Source: Saprolegnia diclina VS20
Lineage: Eukaryota
Length of the DNA stretch: 64,000 nt
Direction of reading: 5' to 3'
Assembly (NCBI RefSeq): GCF_000281045.1
Contig: NW_008246083.1
Span: forward strand, 128,906-192,905
Part shown: one piece after another, positions 50,164-63,065 of the stretch
Layout: each line of letters begins with the position of its first letter
How positions within the stretch are numbered: the stretch's first letter is position 1
Made by a program: the position numbers and the translations under genes
The notes under the pieces: generated by a model
Told to the model about the DNA's origin: nothing
The model's database searches: none
What the model saw: the letters and a program-made list of their open reading frames with translations, nothing else

Positions 50164-50400
50164 TTATTGGCCCTGGTGGACGTCGCAGCAACCACCGCCC
50201 CAGTTTGCGCTGCAGCAGACATGCACGGGGCAAAAGTAAACGCCGCCGTGAACGATGCAAAGCTTGGCGCACGCTCTAAACCAATCGCCGATCCAGCGAT
50301 GCGACCCCGACCAGGTGAGCTCTCTCAATGGCCGGCGAAATGCTCCATCGACACCCAAGGTCCGAACCGCCTTTGCATAGACATGGGCACATGGGCTATG
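50164..50400 (-). pseudogene. Decayed copy of the HGGG zinc-finger gene
   Basis: Minus strand encodes KAVRTLG (cf. KAVQTLG) and LCIVHGGVYFCPVHVCCSANWGGGCCDVHQ* (cf. FCVQHGGAHYCKVVGCHRTDRGGGYCDVHR), with an eroded intervening finger and an early stop. Confidence 0.62.
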
Positions 50401-50892
50401 ACTACATCAAAGAACTGGATTGTCGCTCACAGTTTTGCATTGATAGACAACACCAGCGAGAGGCTCTCGTGAGCTATGCTTTTTATGCGTTAAATGCATC
50501 AACACGACAAAGCGGTGGGATCCAGGCTTCCACTAACGTCGAGCCGACCGTGGGAATTGCCAGCCACAAGGCGCTCCATCGCGGCGACGTTGATGCAAGG
50601 GTCGACTAATGCCATTGAGCAAAGGTTGATCCCGTGCTTTTTAAAATTCGGTTCAAATTCAAACGTCAGATTCACACACCGTAGGAACAATCCCTTGCGC
50701 TAAAATTTGGCAAACAGAAAACATGTTCGATAATGGCATTGCGTAGACGACAATACTGCGCCACAACCGGCGGTACTGAGCCCGTGACTGCGACCAGCAC
50801 CTCGGTTAACAAAAAAATGCACATACTAGTACCGGTAGAGTCGAGCCATTTGCACAAATCGGTGTGCAATAAATACTTGTCGAGTGCTTAGC

Positions 50893-51678
50893 TTATGCCC
50901 GAGCATCGTTATGAAGACATCCTGCGCCCATCTCGTGAATGTACCGCCGCTTGTGTCCAGCACAAAGCCCTTGGTGACGCGCCATGCGCATGCAGCCTTC
51001 GACGGTACATTCGTTGTTGTGCCGATGGACGTCGCAGTAGCCGCCACCACGGTCCGTGCGGTGACAGCCCACGACTTTGCAGTAGTGAGCACCGCCGTGT
51101 TGGACGCAAAAGCAGCCACGCTGCACGCTCTTGCCACAGTCGATGGCTTGACAGCGCTTGCCGCCACCGTGTTTACGACAAAAGCCGCCGCCTTGTGAGC
51201 TTTTTTCACAGCCGTCGACACCGCAGCGGATGCCGCCACCGTGCGATTTGCAGAGACCGGCGGTCTGAACGGCTTTGGTGCAGCCATCGACTGAGCAGCG
51301 ACGGCCGCCGCCGTGGGTGATACAAAAGCCACCTCGCTGGGGGCCGCGGGGACAGCCCGCAAACTCACAGCGTTTGGCGGCACCGTGCTGGCGGCAGTAG
51401 CCGCGCGTTGCTTGGGTGCGCTCGCGGCAGTCGGGTGCGAGGCAGATGTGAGGTATTTCATGAGTCGAGCAATTATCCAAAGGCAGGTCGCAGCAAAGAA
51501 GAGTGTCGAGGCAGTCGTCAACGCCATTAGGCGAGTGGGGTGGCAACGTCAGTTGCTTGTGCTTGATGGGCGACGACACAGCATTGAATTCGGGTTGGCC
51601 GCAGAAGGCATGATAGATGAAGTCGACTTCGGCTTGTGTAAAGAGAAGAGCCATTTGGTCGGGCGATGGCAAGTGCAT
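50893..51678 (-). CDS. HGGG zinc-finger protein, 7 fingers
   Basis: MHLPSPDQMALLFTQAEVDFIYHAF followed by seven C-x4-C-x9/10-C-x2-H units. Confidence 0.9.
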   Translation of the reverse strand: MHLPSPDQMALLFTQAEVDFIYHAFCGQPEFNAVSSPIKHKQLTLPPHSPNGVDDCLDTLLCCDLPLDNCSTHEIPHICLAPDCRERTQATRGYCRQHGAAKRCEFAGCPRGPQRGGFCITHGGGRRCSVDGCTKAVQTAGLCKSHGGGIRCGVDGCEKSSQGGGFCRKHGGGKRCQAIDCGKSVQRGCFCVQHGGAHYCKVVGCHRTDRGGGYCDVHRHNNECTVEGCMRMARHQGLCAGHKRRYIHEMGAGCLHNDARA

Positions 51679-53040
51679 GAATGAAGGGCTCTTTGTTCTG
51701 ATCGTTCTTATCATCGGATTGTGCCCGCCAGATGACGATGAAAGAGACACCAGGACAGCTGGTGGATACAGCTGTTGGACAGGCTGAGACCTTGTCGGAG
51801 TTGAAGAGACCTGTGACACGCCGCCATTGCTCAAGAGGTTTACTAATGTTTTGACGCCCTGAAAATAACATTTTGGCTCGTGGAACGGGCTCGTGGTGTC
51901 GTACCGAAATGAATTCTGGCGCCCTGTTGCATTTCAGCATCCAGATGTATTCGAGTCCGTGCATGATGGCACAACTACAACATAACGCGATGTGAGCAAT
52001 GGGGCATCGTCAGGGAAAGCGCAACATACGAAGGCACTACATTCGCATCGTGGGCCGACAGAACGACTAAGCTTGCTCATGGAGTTTACTTGAGTGTTGA
52101 TACCGACTGACTGATCGACTGGTATCATAGAATAGCCTACCGGTAGTAGTTCGGCCATGAGGTCAGGCAACAACTCAACTTCATTTTCGGTCTCCTCATA
52201 CATGTACACGGTGGCACTGGCTTGGTGTCTCCTCGTATATATCTTGTGACCGTTTGTTCCATTTTGGGTGCAAGCAGCCAAGGACAGGGCAGGCACAGGC
52301 TGGCAGGCGCATGTGTACGCTAACGTTATGGTAGCCTCGGTTACTCATCGTCTCTGTCCAGCACATAACGCGTTTTGAAATCGCAATTTCAAGCTTGAAG
52401 TGGACAGTATACTGCGACCGTATTAGCTGGAGTAACCGCTGTTCCGGGACACTGGGTCGAGCGCCTCAGCCAAGGCTCGGGACAAATAGGACTTAGCGGG
52501 CAGATCTACTCGGTGAGATCTACTCAACATAGAATCCCGTGAAGTGGGACGTGGCGCATCATTGCTCAAAAATCAGCATGCGCCACAGCTGAGCCTCAAC
52601 TCAGGCTATTACTAACCGTATGACAGACTGCAGCGTGTACGCAGTCGCCACCAAACGACAAAGGCAAGCCAACGAAGTTTTGCACCTTTGCCAAGCCTTT
52701 TCTCTACTTGTCGCTTTGAAAGGACGTCGCAAGGGGGACATCGATTGTTGGCCATTTCTGACAAAAACGATTGGCGTCGAGCAGCTTGTGCTTTCTAATG
52801 CTGGCGCGTTCCCAATCCAAGCACATGGAGAACAAGCGGAGTGCCGAGTTATCCACAACCCTGCCAGCTGGTTCCACCCGTGGACATAAACACGGCTACG
52901 AAGCCAAAGATCCACTAAATCGCACTTAACCGACCATGACGTGGCGCGCCAGCTGGGGCGATGGGTGCGATTCGTGATTTCTCTCGAGCGCGCCAACCGA
53001 CTCTTTTAATGGATTCAAAGTCTGAGCGCTCTGTCGCTGG

Positions 53041-53949
53041 ATGTCCATTGATCAAATCAACATGTCGTACATCGACGACGCACACTACGCTTTTAGCTGT
53101 GTCGAGTTTGCGTCCTCGCCATCGTTTCCGATGTACTGCGGGTCACCTGACCACATCATGCAACTCCCATCCAAGGACGCCTCGATGATGCTCTACGCGT
53201 ACCAACCACCGACGTTCTATGCACCGCCGTCCCCCATTTGCATCGAGTACCCGCCCATGATCTTTTCAGCGCCAACATGTTTGGTCCCGGCGTCGCCGCA
53301 GTTTGAGATGACCAACGACATGCCCTCCGTGTGCCTCACGAATGGCTGCCACGCGCGCATTCCGTGGCGCCGGGGCCACTGCCGCGACCACGGAGCTGTC
53401 AAAAAGTGCGGTCACCCCGGTTGCTCCCGCGGCCCCCAACGGGGGGGCTTTTGCATCACCCACGGGGGTGGCCGTCGCTGCTCAGTTGATGGTTGTCTCA
53501 AGGCCGTTCAGACCGCCGGTCTCTGCAAGTCCCACGGCGGCGGCATCCGCTGCGGCGCTGACGGCTGCGACAAGAGTTCGCAAGGCGGCGGCTATTGCCG
53601 AAAACACGGTGGCGGCAAGCGCTGCGCTGCAGCCAGCTGCGACAAGGGCGTCCAGCGAGGCAGCTACTGCGCCAAGCACGGTGGATTTCAGTACTGCAAA
53701 GTGGACGGCTGCCACCGGACCGACCGCGGTGGTGGCTTTTGCGACGTGCACCGGAAGAACATGGCGTGCGCGTTCTCTGGCTGCATGCGCATGGCGCGCA
53801 AGCAAGGCCTCTGCGTCGCCCATGCGAAGCGGTACGTGGCGACGCGCGACGGCGTCGAGCCGCGCGCCATGGGCTGTCCACCGACATCGTATTCCACAGC
53901 GACATCGCCAATTAGCGTGTCCGAGCACAGCGCAGAGTATGCGATTTAA
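53041..53949 (+). CDS. HGGG zinc-finger protein, 7 fingers, Pro/aromatic-rich N-terminus
   Basis: Seven fingers from CLTNGCHARIPWRRGHCRDHG to CAFSGCMRMARKQGLCVAH. Confidence 0.9.
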   Translation: MSIDQINMSYIDDAHYAFSCVEFASSPSFPMYCGSPDHIMQLPSKDASMMLYAYQPPTFYAPPSPICIEYPPMIFSAPTCLVPASPQFEMTNDMPSVCLTNGCHARIPWRRGHCRDHGAVKKCGHPGCSRGPQRGGFCITHGGGRRCSVDGCLKAVQTAGLCKSHGGGIRCGADGCDKSSQGGGYCRKHGGGKRCAAASCDKGVQRGSYCAKHGGFQYCKVDGCHRTDRGGGFCDVHRKNMACAFSGCMRMARKQGLCVAHAKRYVATRDGVEPRAMGCPPTSYSTATSPISVSEHSAEYAI

Positions 53950-56173
53950 CCTATCAGCACTTATTTTATCGTCATTTACTTTGCCGCACTCTTATTGTAT
54001 TAATACACGTACGCTCATAGATCGAGAAGGCAAAAAGAGCTTGTGCGCAAACTGTCGATCAAGCTGCACGGTAGAGCACCGTGACCACAAACTAAATCAG
54101 CGAAACGATGACACAAAGGTTGTCTGCTTACGTTATTTTGATACCTGGTGGAGAAGACCAAACCCGCCCTGTTGACCACCTGTGACGTGAGCATTGATTT
54201 TGGACTACAACGGTGCGTGTAGTTGTGTAGCGACAAATCTGGTCATTGCAACTGATCTGGAAACAGAAGGATTGAGAGGGTGTCCAGTTGAAAGATTGAG
54301 GCATACGAGCCGCAGAGTTCTCTGCACGATTAGGGCCAGAAATTCGCGGTGCTGGTCAATCACTTTGTGCTGATATGATGTACCATATGGTACTTTGCAG
54401 GGTCTTCGCACGCATTGCTACAAAAAGGCTAGCAAACATGGTGCACTGTGCACCTTCACGACAGAGTGCCGGTATTTCATTTAAGCCTTTGCTCCAAGGT
54501 TGAGCGGCAATGGGCATTTCAGGCTTCAAATTGGCCGTTAGCAATGGCCTCAAGTTTGTTTGTCTGGTAGCGTTACTAGAAGCGTTACTCGTGCGGTTGC
54601 CAGATGCATCAGCATGTGTACTATGTCTGACCAAAATGACATTTTCTTCATTAAAACATACCAGAAGTCATCACACAACTTGGAGCACGAGTCGCGTACC
54701 GGGATATGAGTCTCCATCGCTAGAACACATGGTAAAGTCCACATACTAGTACAATGTAGCTCTGCTGCTCTACTACAGAATGAGAGGACTCGGCACTTTT
54801 GATGGCAGCTGAGCCGAGCTGGATCAGGCCACGACGGCTGCGCCATGGGCTACTTCAACACACTCGAAGCTGCGAACGAAAGGAGGCAGCTCGTTGCGAA
54901 GGCCCTGTGCTGCACGCAGTGTAATTGCACTAGCTGCATAGCGGGTTGTCTTGAGACCAGCCTTGGATCTAGGCGTGTACTAAAAAATGAGCAAATGACC
55001 ACGAGGGCAACCCGAGCTTGCTGAGCAACGGAAGCATGGGTGGAAGCCCCTCGTTTACCAGAAAGCAGCCAATGACAACACAAGAGTTGCCACTGTGCTG
55101 GATCGGTCGCCTGTCGCCCATGCATATGCCGCTATCGCGCACTCACCCAAAGTATGTACCAATGCTACCTCCAAAATCCATCCAGCGAACTTTTGATGTC
55201 AAGTACCTTGCAACTTCAAACGCGGCCTCGGCCCATTGCAGTCGTAAATATAGCATCTAGCAATTAGCAAAGAGTAGCTGCTACATATTAGTACGATCGA
55301 CAGATTCTGAAAGTAGAAACCGGCCTACTAATATGGAACAGAGCAGCTACAGTATTAAGTCGTGCCGGTCGCTGTATCGAAGCTCCTAATACGAAAGTCG
55401 ACAACCGTCGCCTTCTCTGCTTTGACGACCAATCGTTTCCATGGTTCGTCATCGACATGGCGATTGAATCCGCTGTGCAGTCTACGTTCTCGACTACACG
55501 GTGCCACCCACTAGTGCACTCGCAGTACAAGGTTTATTGACCCTTGCGCAGTATTAGTTGCATAGCGGGCGCCTTGCCGTCTGAGTGGCCACAGCTCGTA
55601 TAGCTGACCAATCAAACGCCCGAGTAGCATTCTGGCGGGCGTCTTGTCGAGGCAACCGGATAAGGCGCGCAGATTCAAGCAGCCCCACCAGCTGCGAGCT
55701 CGGAAATGATAGTTCTGTTTGGCGCTTCGTCTTGTCGTCATCGTCTTTGCGCCGACGACTGCATAACGTGGCAGCGCCATCACACCAAGGTAAATGTTGT
55801 CAATCGACGCTTGAAGCGTGGCGGCGGCCTCGACGGTTTACATCAAGGCCGTGGGCGGAGACTCGCTACCGCCATATACAAGAGCCAAGTACATTTCGTA
55901 GTGCGGTCGCACAACCTGCCACCAGCCGATCCGGTTGGAATATCAAACTTTTTAAAATATTCTCCGTTTTTTGCCTGGATTGGCCAGAGATCCCGCGATT
56001 AAATTGAAAATTGAGCTGCCAGCATCCGCCAGTGGGGAACCTGAATAAAGCCACCCGAAGTAGCACAACTGGAGCACGCGATGGCTGGCTACTCGAGAGC
56101 GTGGGACCAAACCCGAGTAGCCACCACGACATTGCGAGCTCTCTTCATTTTCACATTTCGTCGCGATCGCAGC

Positions 56174-56908
56174 ATGGCCTTGACCACCACGTTTACGCAA
56201 GACGAAGCCAGCTTCCTGTACGCCACGCTGATGGCCGACGAGATTGACGACACGTTCAGCAGCGCGCAGTTGGAAGCCTCGTTCTTTGACGAAGTGTTTA
56301 CCTTGACGAACCTCCCGCTGCCCACATCACCACGCCTCTTTGAGTCGCCCGTCCTCCTCACGGTCGAGACGCCGTACATCTGCCTCGTCGAGGGCTGCGC
56401 CGCGTCCATTCTCTCGCCGCGCGGGTTTTGCCGCGACCACGGCAACGTCAAGCGCTGCGGCCACGCCGGCTGCTCCCGGGGACCGCAGAGCGGCGGGCTC
56501 TGCATCACGCACGGCGGCGGCCGGCGCTGCTCGGTCGCCGACTGTTTCAAGGCCGTGCAAACGGGCGGCTTGTGCAAAGCCCATGGTGGCGGCGTGCGCT
56601 GCGGTTTCTCGGGCTGCGAAAAGAGCTCGCAGGGCGGTGGCTTCTGCCGCGCCCACGGTGGCGGCAAGCGCTGCAACCAACGCGGCTGCGACAAGGGCGT
56701 CCAGCGAGGAAGCTTTTGTGCCAAGCACGGTGGGTTCCGCTATTGCGTCGTCGATGGCTGCCATCGCACGGATCGTGGCGGCGGCGTCTGCGACGTGCAC
56801 CGGAAGAACAAAGCGTGCTCCGTCACCGGCTGCATGCGGCTCTCTCGCCTCCACGGTCTGTGCCCCGGCCACATCAAGCACGCCGAAGCCGTGACCAAGG
56901 CGCCGTAA
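56174..56908 (+). CDS. HGGG zinc-finger protein, 7 fingers
   Basis: MALTTTFTQDEASFLYATL, an acidic region and seven fingers. An Inr-like TCATTTTCACATTT lies at 56145-56158. Confidence 0.9.
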   Translation: MALTTTFTQDEASFLYATLMADEIDDTFSSAQLEASFFDEVFTLTNLPLPTSPRLFESPVLLTVETPYICLVEGCAASILSPRGFCRDHGNVKRCGHAGCSRGPQSGGLCITHGGGRRCSVADCFKAVQTGGLCKAHGGGVRCGFSGCEKSSQGGGFCRAHGGGKRCNQRGCDKGVQRGSFCAKHGGFRYCVVDGCHRTDRGGGVCDVHRKNKACSVTGCMRLSRLHGLCPGHIKHAEAVTKAP

Positions 56909-57575
56909 ATAGTCGATACTTCAAATCTAGTATTTATTCTTCCACAAAACGCTATATAGCCTTTTGCGTCGTCATTGGAGAGTCTCTTGAGCAGATCGCG
57001 GAGGACCGTACTGTGGACAGCTGCAGCATCCTACTTCAAGGAATAGATGAGAGCCACTCGCTAATATAACGATCCGTGGCCATCGATGTGTTGTTGGAAC
57101 GACAACTCATAGTCGGCTCCAGAGTGTAGTCCCGCTCAGCTCCGACGACAAGACTGCAAGGCGACTTTTGCGCAATATGCTACACTAATCACAACCCCAT
57201 GCATATGGCTACCATCAGCATCACATGTGATGGGACGCACAACCCTAAAGACTCAGTTTGTTTTCCTGTGGCGAGGGTTGAGGTAGCGGTTTCGTGATTC
57301 CTGGCTGCAGAATCCACGATGCGTATCAAAGATTTGGCCAATCACAGGAGACAGTACCACACTGACACGGGTTGTGCCAATTCCTCATCGTCTTGTCGCG
57401 ACCAGTTCCACCCTTCCCTGTACCTTCCACCGTAGCGCTACCGCTAGCTGCCACCGCTATCTTAGCCAGTACCCTCGAGCACCCTTGAGAGCGGTCGTAC
57501 TGGGTGGCTACGACCCCAGCCAGTACATAGTAGTAATCAACGACCCATCTTTCGAGAAACATACGCAGACGTGGC

Positions 57576-60500
57576 TTAGACCATGGCCTGCTGGGCGCCG
57601 ACAAAGATCGTACTCTCTTGGTCGAGCATCGGGCGGGACGTTGCGACGATCGTCTCCTTGGCGTGCGTGTGCTGGAGCGACTGGATCGTCGACGAGAGCG
57701 ACGGCGCCGACACGGACGACCGCCGGCGCATCGCAACCGGCGTCGGCTTGTGCAAGTGCAAGTCCAACGCGCTGTTGCTCAAGTCGGCCTTCTCAAAGAG
57801 GTTGAACACAAACTGGCGCGCCGTGAGACGGTAGTGGTACCGCGACAAGAGCGTGTGCGCAGAGAGCGCCAGCGCCGTGTCCTCAAACAGGTCCGGGTAC
57901 ATGTTCTTCATGCGGTTGAGCGCCGCGCCCGCCTCCTTTTGCGTAATGTGCGAGCTCAAGTCGCCGACCAGACGCAGAATTTCCTTGCCGCGGGGCGCTG
58001 CCTTGTACGACGGCGCCTCGAACGACGCCTTTAGGTCGACCATGCTCGCCGGTGTCGGCGGCGTCCCCGCCGGCCACGCAAAGAGCGTCTCGGGCTTGGA
58101 CGGCACTGCAATCATCGACCGCGCATCGCGCGGCGTGTCCCACCCGTACTTGGTGAGCGCGCGCTTCCCGGGCGCCGACCGCGCAATGATCCCAAGCACA
58201 AAAAAGCACGTGCCTCGGAGGCTGAGCATCGTCGCCGACGTCGCCATGCCCACAATGACATCCAAGAGGTCTTCCGCGACGCCCAAGAGCAGCTCGAGCC
58301 TACGTCCCATGCCATGTCAAACAGGAACAAGCAACCATATACGATCGATCGTACCCGCGGGTGGTGGCCGCAATGTGACCGACTGCCCAGAGCGCCGCGC
58401 GGCGTTCGAGCGGTGCCGTGGCCGCGTCCTTGACAGCTGCAACGAGCTCGGGCACGTAGCCTGATTGTTGCAGCAGCACGATACCATCCTTTGTCTTGGC
58501 GAGTTCGCCATAGAGATGCGGCGGCAGCGGGACCGTTGACGCCTTGGTCGGCAACAGCTGAATAGTAAACTCGACGCTCTTGAGCTGCACGCGCTTGAGG
58601 TTGGCCTGCGAGTGGTCGGTCTCGAGGTCAAACGTCCAGAGCGCGCGCTCGCCCGGCGGACACAACGTCGCTACGCGCTCGTTCTCGGTGACTGCCACCG
58701 CATTGGCAAGAAGCGTTTGCGTTGAGCGCTGCTCGGGGCCGCACGAGCTCCAGTCCTTGTGCTCGTCCGTCGGCTCGTACGCGTCGGCCAGCGACGTGTG
58801 TTCCGAGAGCCGGTCCGTGCTCGTGCTCACCTAGGCAATGCCGTGAGATTCTAGAGTCGTTTGGGTCACGTACGGCGCGCGTCCGAGCCGTCGGGTCCGA
58901 CTTGGGGTCCTTCTCACTTGCCGGCGCCATGAGAAAGCCGCCGTTGCTTTGCGGCGCTGGCTTGGTGTAGCCCTTCCGGTCCACGGGCTGCGCACCCAGA
59001 AAGAGGCACGCCTGGAGCGTCTGCTGGCTGTTGACCGTCATCGGCTTGGGCGAATTGCGCGCATCGACGACCACGCCCTTGATGCGGATCGTGTTCATTC
59101 GGTGGCCGTCCAGCGAGTCTTCCGGCTAGTGAAACGCAGTTGCAGTGTTCGTGATGCATACCAAAGAGGTCCTACCTCGCTCGCGTCGACGTACGTGTCG
59201 ATCGTGAGGTGCGCGGGCGGCCCGCTGCCCGGCGGCCCGACGATCTTGACCTCCATGTTCCACGGCATGCGGAAGAGCCACTCGAGCCCCCACTGGCCGC
59301 GGTGCACGCCTTGCTTAAAGTTGCTGCTGCGCCGGCTTGGCACCGTCACGGGGATCACAATCGGCTTGGGCTTTTGGTACTTGTTGCCCATCGACGAGGT
59401 CTGCGGCTGCTTGTCGCGGAAGAGCCCGCGCGTGAGCTGCGTCTCGACCACGTGCACGTACGCCCACTGCTTGTGCTGGCGCCAGCTGAGCAAGCTCGCC
59501 GGAATCCAGTTTGTGACTTCACGCAGAAAAGCGAGGCCTTCGGGCAGCGAGAGGCACTTGAGCAGGAGACTCTCGGCCTGCATGTGCACCAGCTGCAACG
59601 GCTTCTTCTGGATGATTGCGAGCAAGTACTCGGGCGTCTCGGCGGCTTCTTCGAGGACGCTTAGCGCCGCACGCGCGACGCTCGGCTCTTGGTGCAGTTG
59701 CGCCACGAGGCTGTCAATACCCCACTTGGCAAAGTCCCCGACCTGCCGCAAAGTTTAGCAGTGGGTATTCCAGACAAGGAGAGAACCTCGGAGCGCAAAA
59801 GGGCGCGGAGGAGGCACGTTGCGTACAGCCGAAGCGACTCGGACCCGGTTGTCATCCAATCCTGGAGCAGCTGGCGTGAGCTCCCCTCGACCGTGTAGTC
59901 GAGATTGGCGAGTATGAGGCGACAGAGGAAATCGTGGCCTCCAAGAATAATAACGTGTCGAAGCGCAACCGAGATCTCGTACCTTGGGTCTTTTCCTTCT
60001 CGGCGCGCTGCATCTTTGTGAGTTCACCAAAGTTGGGCAGCATGTGGCTGTTGCCACCCTTGGCTGCTTGGCCCATCTTGGTCAAGCGCGCAAAAAGCCC
60101 CGACTTTTCCATCATTTTGAGGCCTACACCCAAATGAGAACAACGACTCCATCGACGAGGAGATCATTGCCTTCAGTGGACGAGCTCATGAGGCCCAGCA
60201 GCGTAAAGTACTCGCGCAGCATGCGACGGGAGCAGTATTCCGGGCTACAACATTCTCGATGCCCTTATCTGTGTAAGAGACGGCGTACCTAAACATGCGG
60301 GCTTGCAGGTCCCCGAGGTGCGACTCGACAATCGCAGCTTCCGGGCGCGCCTCGAGCTCCAACGCACTGGCAATCTCCGTGAGGAGTTGACCCCTAAAAA
60401 GCGACATAAGCATGACAAACAAGGTGTTGGATGTACCGGCGGTCGGTTTTGAGGAACGAAAGGCCTTCCGGGTGGTTGAGCAAGAGCATGTACATCTGGC

Positions 60501-62646
60501 AGGCTGGGCGCAGGTACGGGACATAGTCGGGTGTCCACGGCAGGCCCGCAAAGTACCCTACCCCCAAAGGTCGTCATCATCGATTTCGACTTGGAGCGGT
60601 CGACTACCTTTGTCGCTATTGTCGCACCGGAAAAAGCCCGAGACGCGCTTGAAAAACTTTGTTTTCATCGCCTCCGAGAGCCGCGACGGGTTCGTGAGCG
60701 GGCCTTCCAGCAGCTCGGAAATGACGTCCCAGTTCCAGCGATACCAGTCTTTCCCGTTCAGGACGCGGCACTTGGTCATGAGCATCTCGCTACACCCCGC
60801 TATCAGATCTGATGGCGCAGGCTACCCGCGGTTTACCGGAAGGTATGGTCGTCCATCTGGTTGTCCATCTGCACTTTGAGCGAGTGCACGAGCACCTCGC
60901 GGGACGTCGCGGTGGCCTCCCGCAGCAACGACGCAGTCGAAAAGTTTTGCACCGGGCGGTTCGTGCCCCGCAGCAGCTCGGACGCCAGATGGACACCGTT
61001 GATTGGCGCGTTCGACGCGCCCGACGACGCCGCCAGTGCGCGCTGGGCATTTGCGTTGCCCCCGACCTAGTACATCGTAGTCCATATTTGTCGTCGACTG
61101 ATGGATGTATCGACGTACGACAAGGGCGAGCTCGGCGAGCATCTCGCCCGACCGAATCGCGAGTTCGCGCTGCTTGGTTTCGGTCGGCGGCATCGAGCTC
61201 GAGAGCGCGGTCGTTGTCACGAGCTGCGGCAACGCCAAGAGGTTGGTGCAGTGCTGGTCGGGTAGCAGGCGTGCGCTAATGCGCAAGAAATCCGAGAGGA
61301 GCTCGAGCGCGGGCTCGGCGAGCGACCGGTTCAGCGACGTGCCGAGCGTGATGAGCGCGTCAATGACGCCGCAGTGGAGAAAAGACAGCAGCAATATTGT
61401 CATGTAGTTGTCGAGCAGGTTGTTGTAGCCTGTGGTCGAGGCCGCGGCCTTGTCTTCGATCGGGATCGGTTCGTTCGGCGTCACGACTTCGTTTCCGCTC
61501 TACGCATTGATGCGTGAACGGAGGGATCAAGGTATCAAGGTATCAACCTTGTCGAGCGACGTGGGCTTGTAGAAGATCTCGCAGATGGTCGCGAGCACCG
61601 CTTTCTGCACGTCGTCACCGACGGGCTGCACGAGCAGCTGGATGAGCGACTTGAGGCCTTGCGGGTTGGACGTCAGAAGCAAGATACCCTACGCTGGCCT
61701 CGATGAGACGACACGCAAGGAGACGAAGCCAAACACACGGTCCACGATCGCATCATCATGACGATGGCGTTGCGGCTGGCACTCCAGCGCTGCCGACGCT
61801 CCGTGCCCGCCGGGGCGTCCGTGTCGGTGAACGGCGCGAGGAGCACCTGCGCGTCGATGAACGAGTGAATGTAGTCGCGGTTCGCGGGCTCGTTGACAAG
61901 GTACAGCAGCGTCAGCAGCAGTGCATCGGCCAAGTCCTAGACGACGACGATGATGATGAATGCAAGGAGGTGGAGGCGATACCTGGCACGTCGGGTCCAG
62001 AATCGAGTCGACAAGCGTCTTGAAGCCATTGCACTGGACGACGACTGGAACGTTGACGATCGCGAGCTCCCGAAGCGACTCGAGGGCGACGCGCCGGAGG
62101 TTGTCTTCCTTGTGGTTGGCGATGGCGACGATGGAGCGGCAGAGACACGACGGCATTTGGGTCCCGTCAATCTCGAGGACGCGGCGCGCGACCTTGAGCG
62201 CCTGGATGCGCTCGCCCACGAGCTTGGCATCGCGCTCCATCGATCGAGACACGAAGAGCTGGACGCCCTAATGCAGCACACGCATGAGCACCGCTACGAG
62301 AACACGAGGATGTCGATGGACTGTACGAGCGTGAGGGCGTTGGTGATCGACGAGCTGTTGATCATCGAGTAGCGCAGCACGCGCAGGGCCGCCGTGCGGA
62401 TGGACGTGTCGTTGTCGGCGAAGAGGCCGCGTGCGGAGTACTGGATGCGCTCGACGGGGAACTGCTCGAGCAGCAGCGGATCTTTCTTCATCTCCTGTGC
62501 ATGCATGGCGAAGATGAGGCCATGTCCATGGAGAGCAAGCGTACGTAGGTGAGGCGGCCGGCGGTCTCGAGCTTGGCCCGGCGGTCGAGGCCCCCGCGGT
62601 CGAGGAGCTTGCACGTCGTCTCGAGCACCTGGTACGGGGTCATCAT
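57576..62646 (-). CDS. RICTOR: Rictor/Pianissimo/Avo3 (TORC2 subunit); many exons
   Basis: IRTAALRVLRY, ERIQALKVARR, VLLAPFTD, MMRSWTG, DWYRWNWDVISELLEGPLTN, LPPHLYGELAKTKDG, RAALWAVGHIAATTRG, LSLRGTCFFVLGIIARS, LSRYHYRLTARQFVFNLF. Confidence 0.92.
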
Positions 62647-63065
62647 CGTCTCGTTGTCGTCGTCGGTAGACTCGGTGCAAATGCTTTGGCCAATCGGCGA
62701 TGGCCACTTTCCTCTTTTTAGCCAATCCGAAGCGGCGCGTCGGTCGTTGCACACTCGCCACGACCATGACCCATGCCACGACCAATCCACAAGCACCTGT
62801 GCCCAACTACTGCGTACTAGTAGACGGAGAAGCTGCAGTCACACCGCTTCGCCATGGACTATGTGTGGCATGATTTGGATTCCTTGGGCAGATCATGCGA
62901 ATCGCTGCGAGGAATGGCGTCGGACTACCGAGGGAGCTTGCGGCCCCGCCTGGCAAGATTCAATCGCCAAGATGCAGTGCCATAGGATGTGCAAGAAGAA
63001 ATGGAGGCGACAAAAATGAACCGCGGCAAGGCGGCTGCGGTGGCGATAAATTATGCGGAAGCTAA

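Noticed and set aside
53041..53949. Calling the HGGG proteins WRKY transcription factors
   Set aside because: No WRKYGQK motif in any copy.
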